Shown one piece after another: positions 19,990 through 30,937 of a stretch of 64,000 nucleotides of DNA (position 1 is the stretch's first letter; every line of letters starts with the position of its first letter). Where the stretch lies: positions 32,001 through 96,000 of IMG/VR virus record IMGVR_UViG_3300012964_000010. One strand, given 5' to 3'. Position numbers and translations under genes: made by a program. Under the pieces are notes generated by a model. The model ran no database searches, was not told the DNA's origin, and saw only the letters and a program-made list of their open reading frames with translations. This DNA comes from a virus.

Positions 19990-21564
19990 TTAGATACAGA
20001 TTGGCATCGGTGAATCAAAAGAATTGTCATCGGAATCGGACACATTACTGTTGATTGCTGCCTGCGATCTGTCATCCCATGTAGAAATATAATCTAACAT
20101 ACGAACTGCTAAGATTAATGCCATAATAAGATCGTCGGTTTGCCCAATTCGAGCTTCAAATGTATTACCCCTGGAAACAAATACCTTCAATTCTGACAAA
20201 AGCCCCCTTGAATTAATCTTCATTCTTCCAGATTCGATTAAGAATTTCAATTTAGCGCAAGATTCGAGTTTGGATTTATTTGTTGTGACAAATCCTGCAC
20301 GTCTGCCGGTACGACCTTGTAGCCGATTTTTCGGATCATGCAGCATAGTGCCTGCAAAATTTTCTTCGCCGGTATCACGAATAACAACCAATGCAGCTTC
20401 ACCAAGTGTATTACTTTCTACCGACCAATAGATTTCGGGGTTGCATTCATCGCGCAGATCTTGCAATATTTTCTTAAGAGTTTTAACTTGTTCCTCAATC
20501 GGTGCCTTATTACTGCTCCATTCTGCAACCTGTATAAGTGATGGTAATTCAATTACCTGAATAGCTGCATTATCACCGCCTGTTCCCATAGACGGATCTA
20601 AACCAACCACATAAGTGCAATCATGACGAACAGGTGAATACCAACGTACTTGACCAGTTTTCTTAATTGGCTGGATTGATTCGAGCATAGAAAGTTTAAT
20701 CGGATTAATAAGCGTTTCTTCAAAGGTAATGAATTGACACTTATGTTCTCGCAAGAATCTGTCTTCTCCGAGTGCAGCAAGTTCTTTATCGGCCCAGGCC
20801 TGGTCTCGTTCTGGGTGTGCTTCCCAAGTAGCCATGTAAGGTTTGAAACCATTGCGACCAACTGTTGTTTCATTACCATTATCGTCGACTAATTTATTTG
20901 CACCCCACCAGATTTCAGCAAACTGATCTTCGTCGGTGTTTGGTGTAGATGTTATAATACATTTACCACCAGTTGATAATGTAGGAGATAGAGAAGTCCA
21001 AAATTCTTTAGCAATACCGGGTTCAACGAATGCAAATTCGTCAAGATAAACAAGCGACAAAGACATACCACGACCAGTGTTTTCAGTTGTAGTAGTTGCA
21101 ACAATACGCGAACCATTATCAAAGTCGATAGAACGTTTATTATAGGTTTTCACACCGGCTCTGATATGATCGGGCACGGATTCATATGCATAGCGAACAC
21201 GATGCATAATTTCTTGTGCACCATCATATTTGTTTGATGCAATCAGAATAGTTGAATCATCGTTGAACATGGCATACCAAAGGAGATATCCAGCTGCAAC
21301 AGTGGTTTTTCCCATCTGTCGTGACACCATATTAACAGAACGACGAGAGGTATGATAATTATTAATCAAGTCATACTGAAAATCAAAAAGCTGCAATTTT
21401 TCGCGGCCTCGCATAGTATGCTGAATATACATGAAGTTCTTAATGAAATATAAAGGGCCTGTATCTGGGTCGAGACAGGCCCTTAATTCATCTATCTGCT
21501 CTTTAGAGTAAGAGACCTTTGTATAAGCACGTTTTACAAGTTTATCATCTTGATAAATTGCCAT
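19990..21564 (-). CDS. 17: Terminase large subunit (gp17)
   Basis: SRQMGKTT, LDEFAF, GLDPSMG, DDLIMA. Confidence 0.96.
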   Translation of the reverse strand: MAIYQDDKLVKRAYTKVSYSKEQIDELRACLDPDTGPLYFIKNFMYIQHTMRGREKLQLFDFQYDLINNYHTSRRSVNMVSRQMGKTTVAAGYLLWYAMFNDDSTILIASNKYDGAQEIMHRVRYAYESVPDHIRAGVKTYNKRSIDFDNGSRIVATTTTENTGRGMSLSLVYLDEFAFVEPGIAKEFWTSLSPTLSTGGKCIITSTPNTDEDQFAEIWWGANKLVDDNGNETTVGRNGFKPYMATWEAHPERDQAWADKELAALGEDRFLREHKCQFITFEETLINPIKLSMLESIQPIKKTGQVRWYSPVRHDCTYVVGLDPSMGTGGDNAAIQVIELPSLIQVAEWSSNKAPIEEQVKTLKKILQDLRDECNPEIYWSVESNTLGEAALVVIRDTGEENFAGTMLHDPKNRLQGRTGRRAGFVTTNKSKLESCAKLKFLIESGRMKINSRGLLSELKVFVSRGNTFEARIGQTDDLIMALILAVRMLDYISTWDDRSQAAINSNVSDSDDNSFDSPMPICI

Positions 21565-21567
21565 TTC

Positions 21568-22734
21568 TTATTTACTTTCTGATTCTTTTAGATATTTTCT
21601 GTAGTTATAAACAAGCTCTCTATGAGTTTCTGCCACTGCTATCTTTTTCTGTTCTGGATTATCGCCTTGGCGAGCACCTGATGCTCCTGTTCTCGAAACC
21701 ACTGGGCTATCGGCACCATCTGGGAAATAATCATTTTTATCTGCATAATGAACTTCATCATATCCATTATTTAGGTCAAAGTCTTCTTCGACTTTTTTAT
21801 CAGATTTTTCGTCTTTTTTGCTACCTTCTTTTTCTTTTTCTTTTTCGTAATCTTTACGGTGCATTTCCCATTTACGATCACTAACTTCTTTGTTTAATCT
21901 ATCGATTGTTCTCTTATCGAGTCCGGGTGTAGCTTCAAATACATCGTCGACACCGTAATCTTCATCGGAACCGTGACCGGCACTTGCAAGTGCATCAGCA
22001 TCGTCACTCATGTCATTGATACCACCTGTCGGTTCATCGTTCCATAATTCTGCATCCACTGCTGACATAATAGATTGAATTTGGTCTGGTGTATAACCAA
22101 AATCAGTAAATTCTTTCTCGATTTGTTCTAAGGCTTGATCCAATGGTACAAATGCATCACTTAATTGTTGCAGTCTGTTAATAGCATTTTTTACATCTTC
22201 GTTCTGATCTTCATTCATTGCGCATGCTTCATCGGCAGTTGCCGGATTTGATTGTTGACAAGAATCTACGGCAGGAACAGACTCATCTGTCTTGCCATGT
22301 TTCTTATTGTAAATAGACCATGCTGTCGCAAAGGCCTTTTCGGGTTCACCTGGATATTGTTTCTTAAGTTTCATAACCATGTCTTCCATACCGGGCGGAG
22401 CCTTTTCATCGAGGCCAGGAAAACCTTGCCCATATCCCGATGCATCAAATTCGTCGTCTTGATCGCGACCACCCGACATTTGATCTCTGATATCTGGGAA
22501 ATCATCTGTATTTTCCTCAACACTTTCCTCCTTGTGACTCTTATACCCCTTACCTTTCATGTAATGTGCAAGTGCCCATGGATTCTCAATTTCGGGATGT
22601 TTCTTCATACTCTTGACAGTACCTTCCCAACCTTTAGGTGCTTTTTCATCGATCTTTTCACCCACACCCGGTATTGCCATAACACTCTCAGTGAGTATAC
22701 CAGCAAGTTTCTTCATTCTGTTTAAATCGTTCAT
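21568..22734 (-). CDS. Acidic head/core-type protein with internal DEKAP repeat
   Basis: Acidic, many (L/I/V)xE sites, packaging cluster. Confidence 0.5.
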   Translation of the reverse strand: MNDLNRMKKLAGILTESVMAIPGVGEKIDEKAPKGWEGTVKSMKKHPEIENPWALAHYMKGKGYKSHKEESVEENTDDFPDIRDQMSGGRDQDDEFDASGYGQGFPGLDEKAPPGMEDMVMKLKKQYPGEPEKAFATAWSIYNKKHGKTDESVPAVDSCQQSNPATADEACAMNEDQNEDVKNAINRLQQLSDAFVPLDQALEQIEKEFTDFGYTPDQIQSIMSAVDAELWNDEPTGGINDMSDDADALASAGHGSDEDYGVDDVFEATPGLDKRTIDRLNKEVSDRKWEMHRKDYEKEKEKEGSKKDEKSDKKVEEDFDLNNGYDEVHYADKNDYFPDGADSPVVSRTGASGARQGDNPEQKKIAVAETHRELVYNYRKYLKESESK

Positions 22735-23399
22735 CTTATAGCTCCCGTCTTTATGAGATTAGGCTTTTTGACCCTACCAAACAGGCCTACATCGTCTTTC
22801 TTTAAATTCTTTGGATCATTGAAAGTATCATATCCCTTAGTTAGAGTCGAATGGTCGATTGTCTCTTTCGGACTCAGTGGATTGTCAACAACACAGACCT
22901 CACGTTCTTTACGAACTTTCTCAAGTTCCTTCAAGAAACTGATGTTATATTTCTCACCGTAGGGTATAGTTTCAGTTGCTTCGTGATCAGTACCAAGACG
23001 AGCCTTGTACTTCTCTTTATATTCCGGCGAAGATCTATCAACAAATAAATCAGTCTCGATCTGACGAGGATCATTGTCCGAATATACTGCAAGCAAAGCA
23101 GGTGAAATATCTAAACTATTAGAAATATATATTCTAAGAAAGTCTAATGATGCTGGATATCCCATGGTAATATTGCAAATAAATACCGGTGTATTTCTTA
23201 CATTGGGAAAATCTAACGGACTTTCTTGAATTGGGGTTTTTCTAAATGCCGATGCTGCTTTAAGATCATATTTCTTAAGACTCGACTCAAGAAGATCAAT
23301 CATATCATCGGTCATGTCGTGTACGGCAAACTTCAAGACATAATTGTATTCTGTCTTGGTTTCTGCTACATACCGAACAAATGTTTTCTTTTCTGCCAT
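22731..23399 (-). CDS. Conserved hypothetical (probable head) protein
   Basis: TPIQESPLDFP; late promoter at ~23422. Confidence 0.65.
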   Translation of the reverse strand: MAEKKTFVRYVAETKTEYNYVLKFAVHDMTDDMIDLLESSLKKYDLKAASAFRKTPIQESPLDFPNVRNTPVFICNITMGYPASLDFLRIYISNSLDISPALLAVYSDNDPRQIETDLFVDRSSPEYKEKYKARLGTDHEATETIPYGEKYNISFLKELEKVRKEREVCVVDNPLSPKETIDHSTLTKGYDTFNDPKNLKKDDVGLFGRVKKPNLIKTGAIR

Positions 23400-23420
23400 A
23401 CTATGACTCCGTTAATACGA

Positions 23421-23933
23421 CTATTTATCAGAATTTTCTGATTTCTTTGAACTAACAAAATACTTGAGTAATTCATTTCTATCAAATTCGCCACCAGATG
23501 AATTCTTTGATTGACCTGTACCGAGATCGAAATCAATCTGTTCAGCTCTAACCTTCTTAAGTTGCAATTCAATCATCTTGAGTTTCTTTTCGGCCTTAGC
23601 ATTTTTAGCTTCAAGTGCTGTCTTGAGCATTTGTCCAGCAACTTCGTAAATCTTGCCTGCATGCATGTCGGGAACATTACCGCCCAATGCAACAAGATCT
23701 TCAAATGTTTGAACAGCTTTTCTTGCGATTGAATCCATTTCTTCATCGTGGGAATCCAACCCGACAACCGTCGGTAATGCATAATCAACTTTCTCAGCTG
23801 TTGTCAGAGAAGAATAAATGGCATTCGCTTCTACCATTAATTCTTCTTTTGTTTTGGTAGGTGCAATTTCTTCTTCTGTTTCTGCTTTTTCAGCTGGCGG
23901 AAGGTTGAAGAAATCTTCCATTTTCTTAGTCAC
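23421..23933 (-). CDS. Possible terminase small subunit (gp16-like)
   Basis: IYEVAGQMLK helix and DRNELLK tail; near gp17. Confidence 0.5.
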   Translation of the reverse strand: MTKKMEDFFNLPPAEKAETEEEIAPTKTKEELMVEANAIYSSLTTAEKVDYALPTVVGLDSHDEEMDSIARKAVQTFEDLVALGGNVPDMHAGKIYEVAGQMLKTALEAKNAKAEKKLKMIELQLKKVRAEQIDFDLGTGQSKNSSGGEFDRNELLKYFVSSKKSENSDK

Positions 23934-24373
23934 TATGCTTTCCTTTTTGGATTATTAAAAATGTTCTCTTCATTCATTACACGAAACTGCATTCCGTGAT
24001 TTTTTGCAAATTCGTGTGCTGCGGCCCATTTATATGTATTCAACGCAACAGCAGCCTTGGCTCTCTGCGATTTAGCTTGTTCTAAGAATGTTTCTTTAGC
24101 TGGCTTAACTTCAATAATCTCAGTCTTTGTCTTACCATCAGCATCTGTATATGTAACAACAAAATCGGGTATATATACGGTATATTTACCGGTAAACGGA
24201 TTTATATAGGGTATTTTAAGGGACTCGCTTGCCCAGCTCGTAATATTCGGATGTGTGTCAAACTTCTCCATAACCTTAAATTCCCAAGATGAACGAAAAT
24301 ATATAGGATAGGTACCTACATATTTGTTAGGATTTGTCGGATTATATTGTCCTTGTACGTATTTATTAGCCAT
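23933..24373 (-). CDS. 4: Head completion nuclease (gp4/TnsA-like)
   Basis: RSSWE, WASE, YIPDF, EVKP, KWAAA. Confidence 0.9.
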   Translation of the reverse strand: MANKYVQGQYNPTNPNKYVGTYPIYFRSSWEFKVMEKFDTHPNITSWASESLKIPYINPFTGKYTVYIPDFVVTYTDADGKTKTEIIEVKPAKETFLEQAKSQRAKAAVALNTYKWAAAHEFAKNHGMQFRVMNEENIFNNPKRKA

Positions 24374-24377
24374 GATA

Positions 24378-25064
24378 TTATACTATTGGATCTAAGATAA
24401 CCAATTGTGGCATTGTTCCAGTTATACGCCACATGACATTATTACTATGCAAATCAAGTCTAAAATCTGAATTCGTCTTTATAACTGAATTAACTAATTT
24501 TATCGAGTCAAGAAGATCAGGGTCCTTGACAGTAGACGGAACACTAAAGGCATGATTCAGTACTACAAGAATAACATTTGCAACGGCTTCGCCAGTACGA
24601 TAGTCCTCACGCTCTAATTCACCAAACATATGTTCATATAAAGAAGCCATTAAGTCGAGATTGCCGACCAACTTCGCAGAATAAAATGGTACCAGTTTTT
24701 CAAGCTTAATATTATAATGCAATTTCTTGTCAGGCCCTCTCATTATATCAAGATCATGGATTACTGGAAAATATGGGTTTCCATGTCCCTTCTGTTCTCT
24801 GTCATATACTGCTGATAGATAGGATAGGTACCCATCTTCACTAACATTCTCCACAGGAACAGCTTTTACCAAATCTGATTTCGCAGCTTTTCCTAATTTT
24901 GTAATCTGACCCAATCGTTTACCAGATTCTATATCAAACGCTGCCCCGAGGGAACCTGAACCAGCATATTTTGCCTTAGATCCAGCACGAAGTCTTTTAG
25001 CATACTCGCCGGCGGTGGTTTTAGTTTGTCTCGGTGTAAAACTTATTAACTCAAATAGTTTCAT
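24378..25064 (-). CDS. Protein kinase-like protein
   Basis: Gly loop AGSGSLGAAF, catalytic-loop-like DLHSNNVM, terminal ILDP. Confidence 0.6.
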   Translation of the reverse strand: MKLFELISFTPRQTKTTAGEYAKRLRAGSKAKYAGSGSLGAAFDIESGKRLGQITKLGKAAKSDLVKAVPVENVSEDGYLSYLSAVYDREQKGHGNPYFPVIHDLDIMRGPDKKLHYNIKLEKLVPFYSAKLVGNLDLMASLYEHMFGELEREDYRTGEAVANVILVVLNHAFSVPSTVKDPDLLDSIKLVNSVIKTNSDFRLDLHSNNVMWRITGTMPQLVILDPIV

Positions 25065-25531
25065 GACCTTATTTCCCTTGCCTGTAAACTATTTTTGTTT
25101 GAGGTTGATGTAACAATCCCGACCTGATGACTAGGATCTCTCAATTCATTGAAAACTCTGTAAGCATCTGGTGATAATAGTAATTGCGAAGCTGAAGATT
25201 GTTCCAACAGGGCCTGTGGTGAAATTCCTAATGTGTTTGCAATATCAATCGCCAGCGAGGTCATTGCATCTGCATACATTGCACTTGCACCACGAGACAA
25301 AAAGTATGATCTTGTTGAATCATAAGAAGATGCCGAAAAATTGCCAACAACACCAACACCTAGAGCAGATTGTTGCAATGAGCTGGGGTCAGGGAACACC
25401 GTGGTGCCGGATGCATATTTAAAGGTATTTGCATATGTACCACCGACATTTTTAACAGTTTTTTGTGTTCCCAGATATGTAAGCATCTGCGAACTAAAAC
25501 GACCAATGGAAGCAATATTTGAATTAGCCAT
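25061..25531 (-). CDS. Probable virion protein
   Basis: Coupled to tail genes. Confidence 0.55.
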   Translation of the reverse strand: MANSNIASIGRFSSQMLTYLGTQKTVKNVGGTYANTFKYASGTTVFPDPSSLQQSALGVGVVGNFSASSYDSTRSYFLSRGASAMYADAMTSLAIDIANTLGISPQALLEQSSASQLLLSPDAYRVFNELRDPSHQVGIVTSTSNKNSLQAREIRS

Positions 25532-26786
25532 TTCCTGAGACCCTATTCATGTCGAGATATCCACCGGCTGCCGGTGGAGGTGCAGTTGATGTAAAGGAAC
25601 GGGCCTGCACCGGTGGCGAACCACCACCAACATACGGCTTTGGTGAAATCTGTGCAAGACCATTTAGGGCACTTGCACTCACTCGTCTTACAACCTGATC
25701 CGATATAAAGGCACCGGTAACGCTTCCGAGAGCTGATTGTGTATTCTTACCAATTCTCTGAAGTATTGGATTGTCAGAATGTAACAATGGGTTATTAGAT
25801 TCAACAAAATCAAGCAATGTGGCATTAAATGCAAGTGAGGGTAATTCTAAGAATTCACCATGTTCAAATGGTTCCGTAGATGAATTGTTATTTGTTTCCC
25901 CACCACCCAATTTCATATTTTGAATTGTATAATAGGCATATTCGTAATCAAAGGTAAAGGTGAGCTCTAAAGTTTTATCACCTGCTGCATAATTTAGAAC
26001 ATCATGTGTAAATGCTGCTATTCTTGGATTAACAAGCGTGACTTGGTTAAATCTTCCAGCATGTACCTGATAAATGTCAATTGATTGTATTAAATTCCTA
26101 ATATTTTGTACTGTGGCTAAATTGAATCCGAAATTGTGATTATCTAATTTATCACTGACAATATTCTGTAATGCACTCTTGTCACCATTTGTGCTGATAG
26201 GTGAATTAAATCCTGTCGGTGAATTACTTTGAAATAAATTAGTAACACTCGATGGAAGATTTGCAATATTGGGATTTACTGCTGGTGTTATATTATGCAA
26301 TAAGGTCTCAACACTCATGGGTTGATTATTCTGTTGTGATTGTTTCGGTGTATTCTTGCCTGGCTCATTTCCATCTGCAAAATAATACCTATAATACATA
26401 TCCCAGAATTTTAGTGTCTTACCATCCGCTACATCATGAAAAACCATCTTAACGGGCTCAAACTTAATACCGGTTTGACTTAACCTTTTTCTGTTATATT
26501 GGTTTAACGGTGTAGTTTCAATCTTCATAGATGGCATATCAACCGTCTTTACAAGTGGCATAACCTGTACAAGATCGGCACCATTAAAGAATTGCGAAAC
26601 ATAGTCTTTAGCAGTACCTACCTGATTAAGATTGATATTAATATAATATTCAAACGGGAATCGTGGCTGATTCCTGTAAAGAGCTCGCGAATCTTGATTA
26701 AAATTATATGTAGCGTGGCGCGAATTCTTTTCGTAAAAGAAACCAGCACCAGTTAATGAGGTAAGAAGGCTTGAGAATGATGGCAT
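25524..26786 (-). CDS. Tail tube-like protein (tube initiator/gp54-like)
   Basis: VKTVDMP, NQYNRKR, FHD, LTFTFDYE gp19-like motifs. Confidence 0.65.
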   Translation of the reverse strand: MPSFSSLLTSLTGAGFFYEKNSRHATYNFNQDSRALYRNQPRFPFEYYININLNQVGTAKDYVSQFFNGADLVQVMPLVKTVDMPSMKIETTPLNQYNRKRLSQTGIKFEPVKMVFHDVADGKTLKFWDMYYRYYFADGNEPGKNTPKQSQQNNQPMSVETLLHNITPAVNPNIANLPSSVTNLFQSNSPTGFNSPISTNGDKSALQNIVSDKLDNHNFGFNLATVQNIRNLIQSIDIYQVHAGRFNQVTLVNPRIAAFTHDVLNYAAGDKTLELTFTFDYEYAYYTIQNMKLGGGETNNNSSTEPFEHGEFLELPSLAFNATLLDFVESNNPLLHSDNPILQRIGKNTQSALGSVTGAFISDQVVRRVSASALNGLAQISPKPYVGGGSPPVQARSFTSTAPPPAAGGYLDMNRVSGNG

Positions 26787-26828
26787 ATTATTATTTATCT
26801 TTTCTTCTAGACTGATATTTTTCTAAAA

Positions 26829-26853
26829 ATATAGGGGCAAAAAGCCCCTATAT
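26829..26853 (-). terminator. Intrinsic terminator after tail tube
   Basis: ataggggc-aaaaa-gcccctat. Confidence 0.65.
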
Positions 26854-26874
26854 TGATTAGTATTAAATAATTCA

Positions 26875-27489
26875 TTAACCGAATGTTGTACCACCGGCAG
26901 GACTTGCGATGTTCGGATATGGATTTCCGCCAACAGTTGTACCATTGTTTGTGTTTGGACCAGAAACGTTTGTAGCGTTATCGTAGCGAATTGTTAATGT
27001 CACTGTCTGTGGATCGCCGCTGGCATAATCACCCTCGCCATATTGTGCACCTGTAATCCAGCAACCTTCAAGTACCCACGATTCAAGTTGTTCATTATCA
27101 GTACCATCAAGTGAATGAATTTCCATTGCAAATTTATAGTTGATACCTGCGACTGCGCTAGTCTGCTCAAAATGGTTCATTTGTTTCTGAACCTGCGCTC
27201 CAACAGTTGATATTACTGCATTGGTAATATCATCTCGTAATACAACTTCCACTGTTTCAAAGGAATGCTTACCTTGAATCCATGCAACAGAATTGTAGGA
27301 ATCAAGTTTTACCTCTTCATAATTGACTTTCGGTCTTGTGCATGTGACCACATTTTGCGTCATTTCGCGCAAGCCGTTATTCTCACCGAAATTCTGCCAG
27401 ACAATTCTGAAACGATATTTCTGCTTCGGGTGTAATATACCAAGCTTGTTCCCATCAAGCGGAACACCGAATTTGGATAAAGTTGCCAT
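26875..27489 (-). CDS. 19: Tail tube protein (gp19-like)
   Basis: KYRFR, LRDD, WVLEGCW, LTIRYD; follows sheath. Confidence 0.85.
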   Translation of the reverse strand: MATLSKFGVPLDGNKLGILHPKQKYRFRIVWQNFGENNGLREMTQNVVTCTRPKVNYEEVKLDSYNSVAWIQGKHSFETVEVVLRDDITNAVISTVGAQVQKQMNHFEQTSAVAGINYKFAMEIHSLDGTDNEQLESWVLEGCWITGAQYGEGDYASGDPQTVTLTIRYDNATNVSGPNTNNGTTVGGNPYPNIASPAGGTTFG

Positions 27490-27514
27490 TTATTTCTCCT
27501 GCTTTTAGCTAATA

Positions 27515-28228
27515 CTATTTATCAATTTCGTGAAAATTTTTTATCGCCGATATTCCGTTGAAATTATTAATTGTATATGCCTCTCCAGCATCGACAATAC
27601 ATTCATATGGAAAAATTCCATAGCCATTAGATCCCCATGTTGGCCCGAGAGAATTGGCTATAATAAATGATCCATTATTTAGATTATCATCGTACCCGAT
27701 TATTGTTGAGGCATGACCTCGTAAATAAGTATTATCAAATCTGTTGAGTGGTTTATATATTTGTTCCGTGATCGGACCTTTTATTTTCCAAAATAATTGT
27801 CCAGCTAGAAATCCGATTATAACTGGTTTCCCATTTGCTAATTGTTCCTTAATGTTTTGTATGTTGATTGGCACAGTTTCGTAATCGATAAGTTTTCTGT
27901 GAATGGCAGCATCTATGGCAGCCGTTGATGGCATAATATTTTCAGATCTGTATCTGTATGGCCAAAGATTTTCTGGAGGTACGCCATATTGTTGTAGTGC
28001 GGAAAGAGTATCTTTAAGACTCGCACCATGACAATCGAGCCTACCAGCAAGCTTTCTGGTCATGTAATATACAAATAACCGAGACAGAAATTCATGCTTT
28101 CCTGCTCTCGCCAATATAATTTCAATTGCGAGTATAGAAGCACATGCAGTACAAGAACTTATATTTCCTTGTGTATGTATTAATTGTACGTGCTCGTGTA
28201 AATCAACCGATGCAGGTAATGAGTGCAT
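27515..28228 (-). CDS. Papain-like C1 cysteine peptidase
   Basis: QGNISSCTA (Cys), GHA (His), ANSLGPTWGSNGYG (Asn). Confidence 0.85.
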   Translation of the reverse strand: MHSLPASVDLHEHVQLIHTQGNISSCTACASILAIEIILARAGKHEFLSRLFVYYMTRKLAGRLDCHGASLKDTLSALQQYGVPPENLWPYRYRSENIMPSTAAIDAAIHRKLIDYETVPINIQNIKEQLANGKPVIIGFLAGQLFWKIKGPITEQIYKPLNRFDNTYLRGHASTIIGYDDNLNNGSFIIANSLGPTWGSNGYGIFPYECIVDAGEAYTINNFNGISAIKNFHEIDK

Positions 28229-28246
28229 ATCTTATTTATACAGACA

Positions 28247-28276
28247 AAAAAATACCCCCCTAGTGGGAGGTATTTT
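28247..28276 (-). terminator. Intrinsic terminator after tail sheath
   Basis: aaaaaatacccccc-tagt-gggaggtatttt. Confidence 0.7.
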
Positions 28277-28289
28277 GAACAGATTTAAA

Positions 28290-30848
28290 TTAAGCTGTTA
28301 AGCTAGAACCAGTATTCTTGATACGAATTGGAATATAAATAAATTCAATTGCCTTAACTGGCTGAATTGCAATATCAATCCAAAGTTCGTTTCTGTCGAT
28401 TCGAGCCGGTGTATTATTGCTCAAATCACAAACAACCAAGAAATCATATAAACCGCGTAGTGTGATAAGTTCGGATAAGAAACGATCAAACGCATCTTTA
28501 ACTGCCTTACGTGTTGTTGTATCATTTGGCTCAAACAAGAATGGTTGAGAAAGATTGTTCAACTGATAACGCAAATAATTTTCTAAACGAACTACATTAA
28601 TACGGTCTGTGGCACTTGCATAAGACTGGCGTGTTTTTTGACCAAATACAACAATACCACCTGTGGGCATAGTACGGATCGGATTAATACCATTCTGATA
28701 CAATATGTCACGTTGACCTTCATTTAACTTGGTAGGAATATATTGTCCGCTGGCATTAACATAACCAACCGATGCTGCATTGTTGACAACGCCGCGTTGT
28801 AGACCAGCAGGTGCAAACCATGGATATGAAACCTGGTCATTATATGCAATTGTACGAAGTGCCATATGCGATGGAGGAACAACAACATCAGTTCCATCAA
28901 CATTGGTACTTAAACCACTTGGATACCATGCAGCAAAATATTTGCTTGCAGATACAAGTCCGTCGGTCCCGTTATCGTATGCTAGATTTGCATTGGTTGA
29001 CCAACTCTGTAGTGCTGTACCTGTCGGGCTTAATGTAAACGGCGTATCACCGACAACGAATGCAGTTTGTTTGCGATCTTCATTTAAGATAAGCATTTCA
29101 TCGATTGCTTCAACAAATCCTGGTGCTGCAATTAAATTAAAATACATATCTTCTGCACGAATTTCGTCATTAGATGTGATCAATGATTGGATTGCACGAA
29201 CAATGGTAATCTGTTGAGCTGCTGCACCCATATAAGGTACTCCACCCGGATTATTACCAGATGTTGTAACCCAACGACCTGTTGATCCATTGTTTGTATT
29301 ATCTCCAGATGCAGTTACGTTATTATAAACATATGGAGATTCCCATACCTTGACATTATTTGTTGAGAAACGACTATTCCATAATAGGAATCCCTTTGGA
29401 TACAATGCTGCTGACGGTGCGTCTGGATCTAAGTCCGGATGATCTCCACCACCATTGTTTGCACCAGTACCAATTGTGCCGCCGAGTTTAAATCCCGGAT
29501 TTGGACGAGCATCTTCAAAGATAATACCATTTGGTGTAGTTTGATCAGTATTATTTACTAATACCCATGCTGTGCCATTCCACCGCTTAATAACTGGATA
29601 TGGTGTAAGATCTGTATCAACCCATATATCGCCCGCTATTAGTGTCGGTGCTGGCACATTATCTCTTGGGTCGGCAGTCTGTGCATATAATGTTGGATTA
29701 CCTGTTGTGCCAGGTAATGTGAAACCAGGTAATGTACAATTCATCCAGTGATTAGCACCATCGTTGACAAGAATGTCAACGGTGGATTTACCTGTACTAT
29801 CAAGTCCAAGTAATGCATTAAACCAAAGTTGACCATTTGTTGGACCTTGAGTCGGCACTGTAGGGGAACCAACAATTGTGGTCATCGCTGCCCATGGGCC
29901 AGTTGCACCCGATGATAATTTAAATTCTAAGCTGTTTGCAGAGCCGAATGGAACAGGTTGAGCATAAATCTGACCTGCAGAAAGTGTAGCACCTGTGCTA
30001 TAATAGGTATTGGCTGCTGTATCATCTGTTAAAATTGGAGTCTCAACTTGAACAAATTGTGCAAGTGTAGCATCCATTCTACGTAATACAAGGTTTGCAC
30101 CCTGTGCTGGAGATGTTGTCTTAACCCAATACTGGGCTGTAGTTGCAACATTTGTTAGATCAGGCCATACAGATTGTACTATAATACTGGATGCACCTAA
30201 AGCACCAGTTAATTGAGCCCAGACACCAGCTGCTTTAACCCAGTACGAAAGAATGCCTGATGCAGTCTGGAAAACAACAGCGTGATTACCATTTATACCA
30301 TCGCCGGGAACTGGTACATTTGATGTACCAGTTGCAAAATTATATTTGAAATCAATTGTTACAGGTGTCCATACTTCATTGGGAAACGTTCCTGCCCGTA
30401 CAAATAATCCGTATGCGGTGCCGGTTGAAGACTCGTCAAGCCAATATGTTCCGACTGCTGCTGGACTTGTTGGTTGAACTGGTGTTGCTTCAAGTTGTGC
30501 TGTATCAATATCGGCACGGATAACGCGAGCTAAATTAGAAATACCGAGATAAGAATATGCTGCCAAAAGACCATATTCGTTTAACGGATATCCATTTATT
30601 GAAGTTCCACTAACACTATAGAAAACTGGGTCACCAAAAGTTTGAACAAGATCACGTTGAGAAGTAATCGAATATACTGTGCCTGCGGTTGCTTTGGTTG
30701 TACCAACAGCAACTGTCGTGCCAGTCGGATCCATCTTGTCTTGTTGTGTAGCGATAAAAATTAGAGGTACTGTTCCTGGACCGGCGCCGACATTGATCGA
30801 TTGATCAATAACCGAGATACTTACGCCTGGTGATACTAATGTTGCCAT
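28290..30848 (-). CDS. 18: Contractile tail sheath protein (gp18)
   Basis: LVSPGVS start, PWFAPAG, RINVVRL, FLFEPND, IEFIYI. Confidence 0.95.
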   Translation of the reverse strand: MATLVSPGVSISVIDQSINVGAGPGTVPLIFIATQQDKMDPTGTTVAVGTTKATAGTVYSITSQRDLVQTFGDPVFYSVSGTSINGYPLNEYGLLAAYSYLGISNLARVIRADIDTAQLEATPVQPTSPAAVGTYWLDESSTGTAYGLFVRAGTFPNEVWTPVTIDFKYNFATGTSNVPVPGDGINGNHAVVFQTASGILSYWVKAAGVWAQLTGALGASSIIVQSVWPDLTNVATTAQYWVKTTSPAQGANLVLRRMDATLAQFVQVETPILTDDTAANTYYSTGATLSAGQIYAQPVPFGSANSLEFKLSSGATGPWAAMTTIVGSPTVPTQGPTNGQLWFNALLGLDSTGKSTVDILVNDGANHWMNCTLPGFTLPGTTGNPTLYAQTADPRDNVPAPTLIAGDIWVDTDLTPYPVIKRWNGTAWVLVNNTDQTTPNGIIFEDARPNPGFKLGGTIGTGANNGGGDHPDLDPDAPSAALYPKGFLLWNSRFSTNNVKVWESPYVYNNVTASGDNTNNGSTGRWVTTSGNNPGGVPYMGAAAQQITIVRAIQSLITSNDEIRAEDMYFNLIAAPGFVEAIDEMLILNEDRKQTAFVVGDTPFTLSPTGTALQSWSTNANLAYDNGTDGLVSASKYFAAWYPSGLSTNVDGTDVVVPPSHMALRTIAYNDQVSYPWFAPAGLQRGVVNNAASVGYVNASGQYIPTKLNEGQRDILYQNGINPIRTMPTGGIVVFGQKTRQSYASATDRINVVRLENYLRYQLNNLSQPFLFEPNDTTTRKAVKDAFDRFLSELITLRGLYDFLVVCDLSNNTPARIDRNELWIDIAIQPVKAIEFIYIPIRIKNTGSSLTA

Positions 30849-30937
30849 TGTTGATAAACTCCTATGAAGGTTTTGCTTCTGTTATGAGTATTTATCAACT
30901 TTAGTATTAAAGACGCTGCAAACGAAACTTCAATAAA

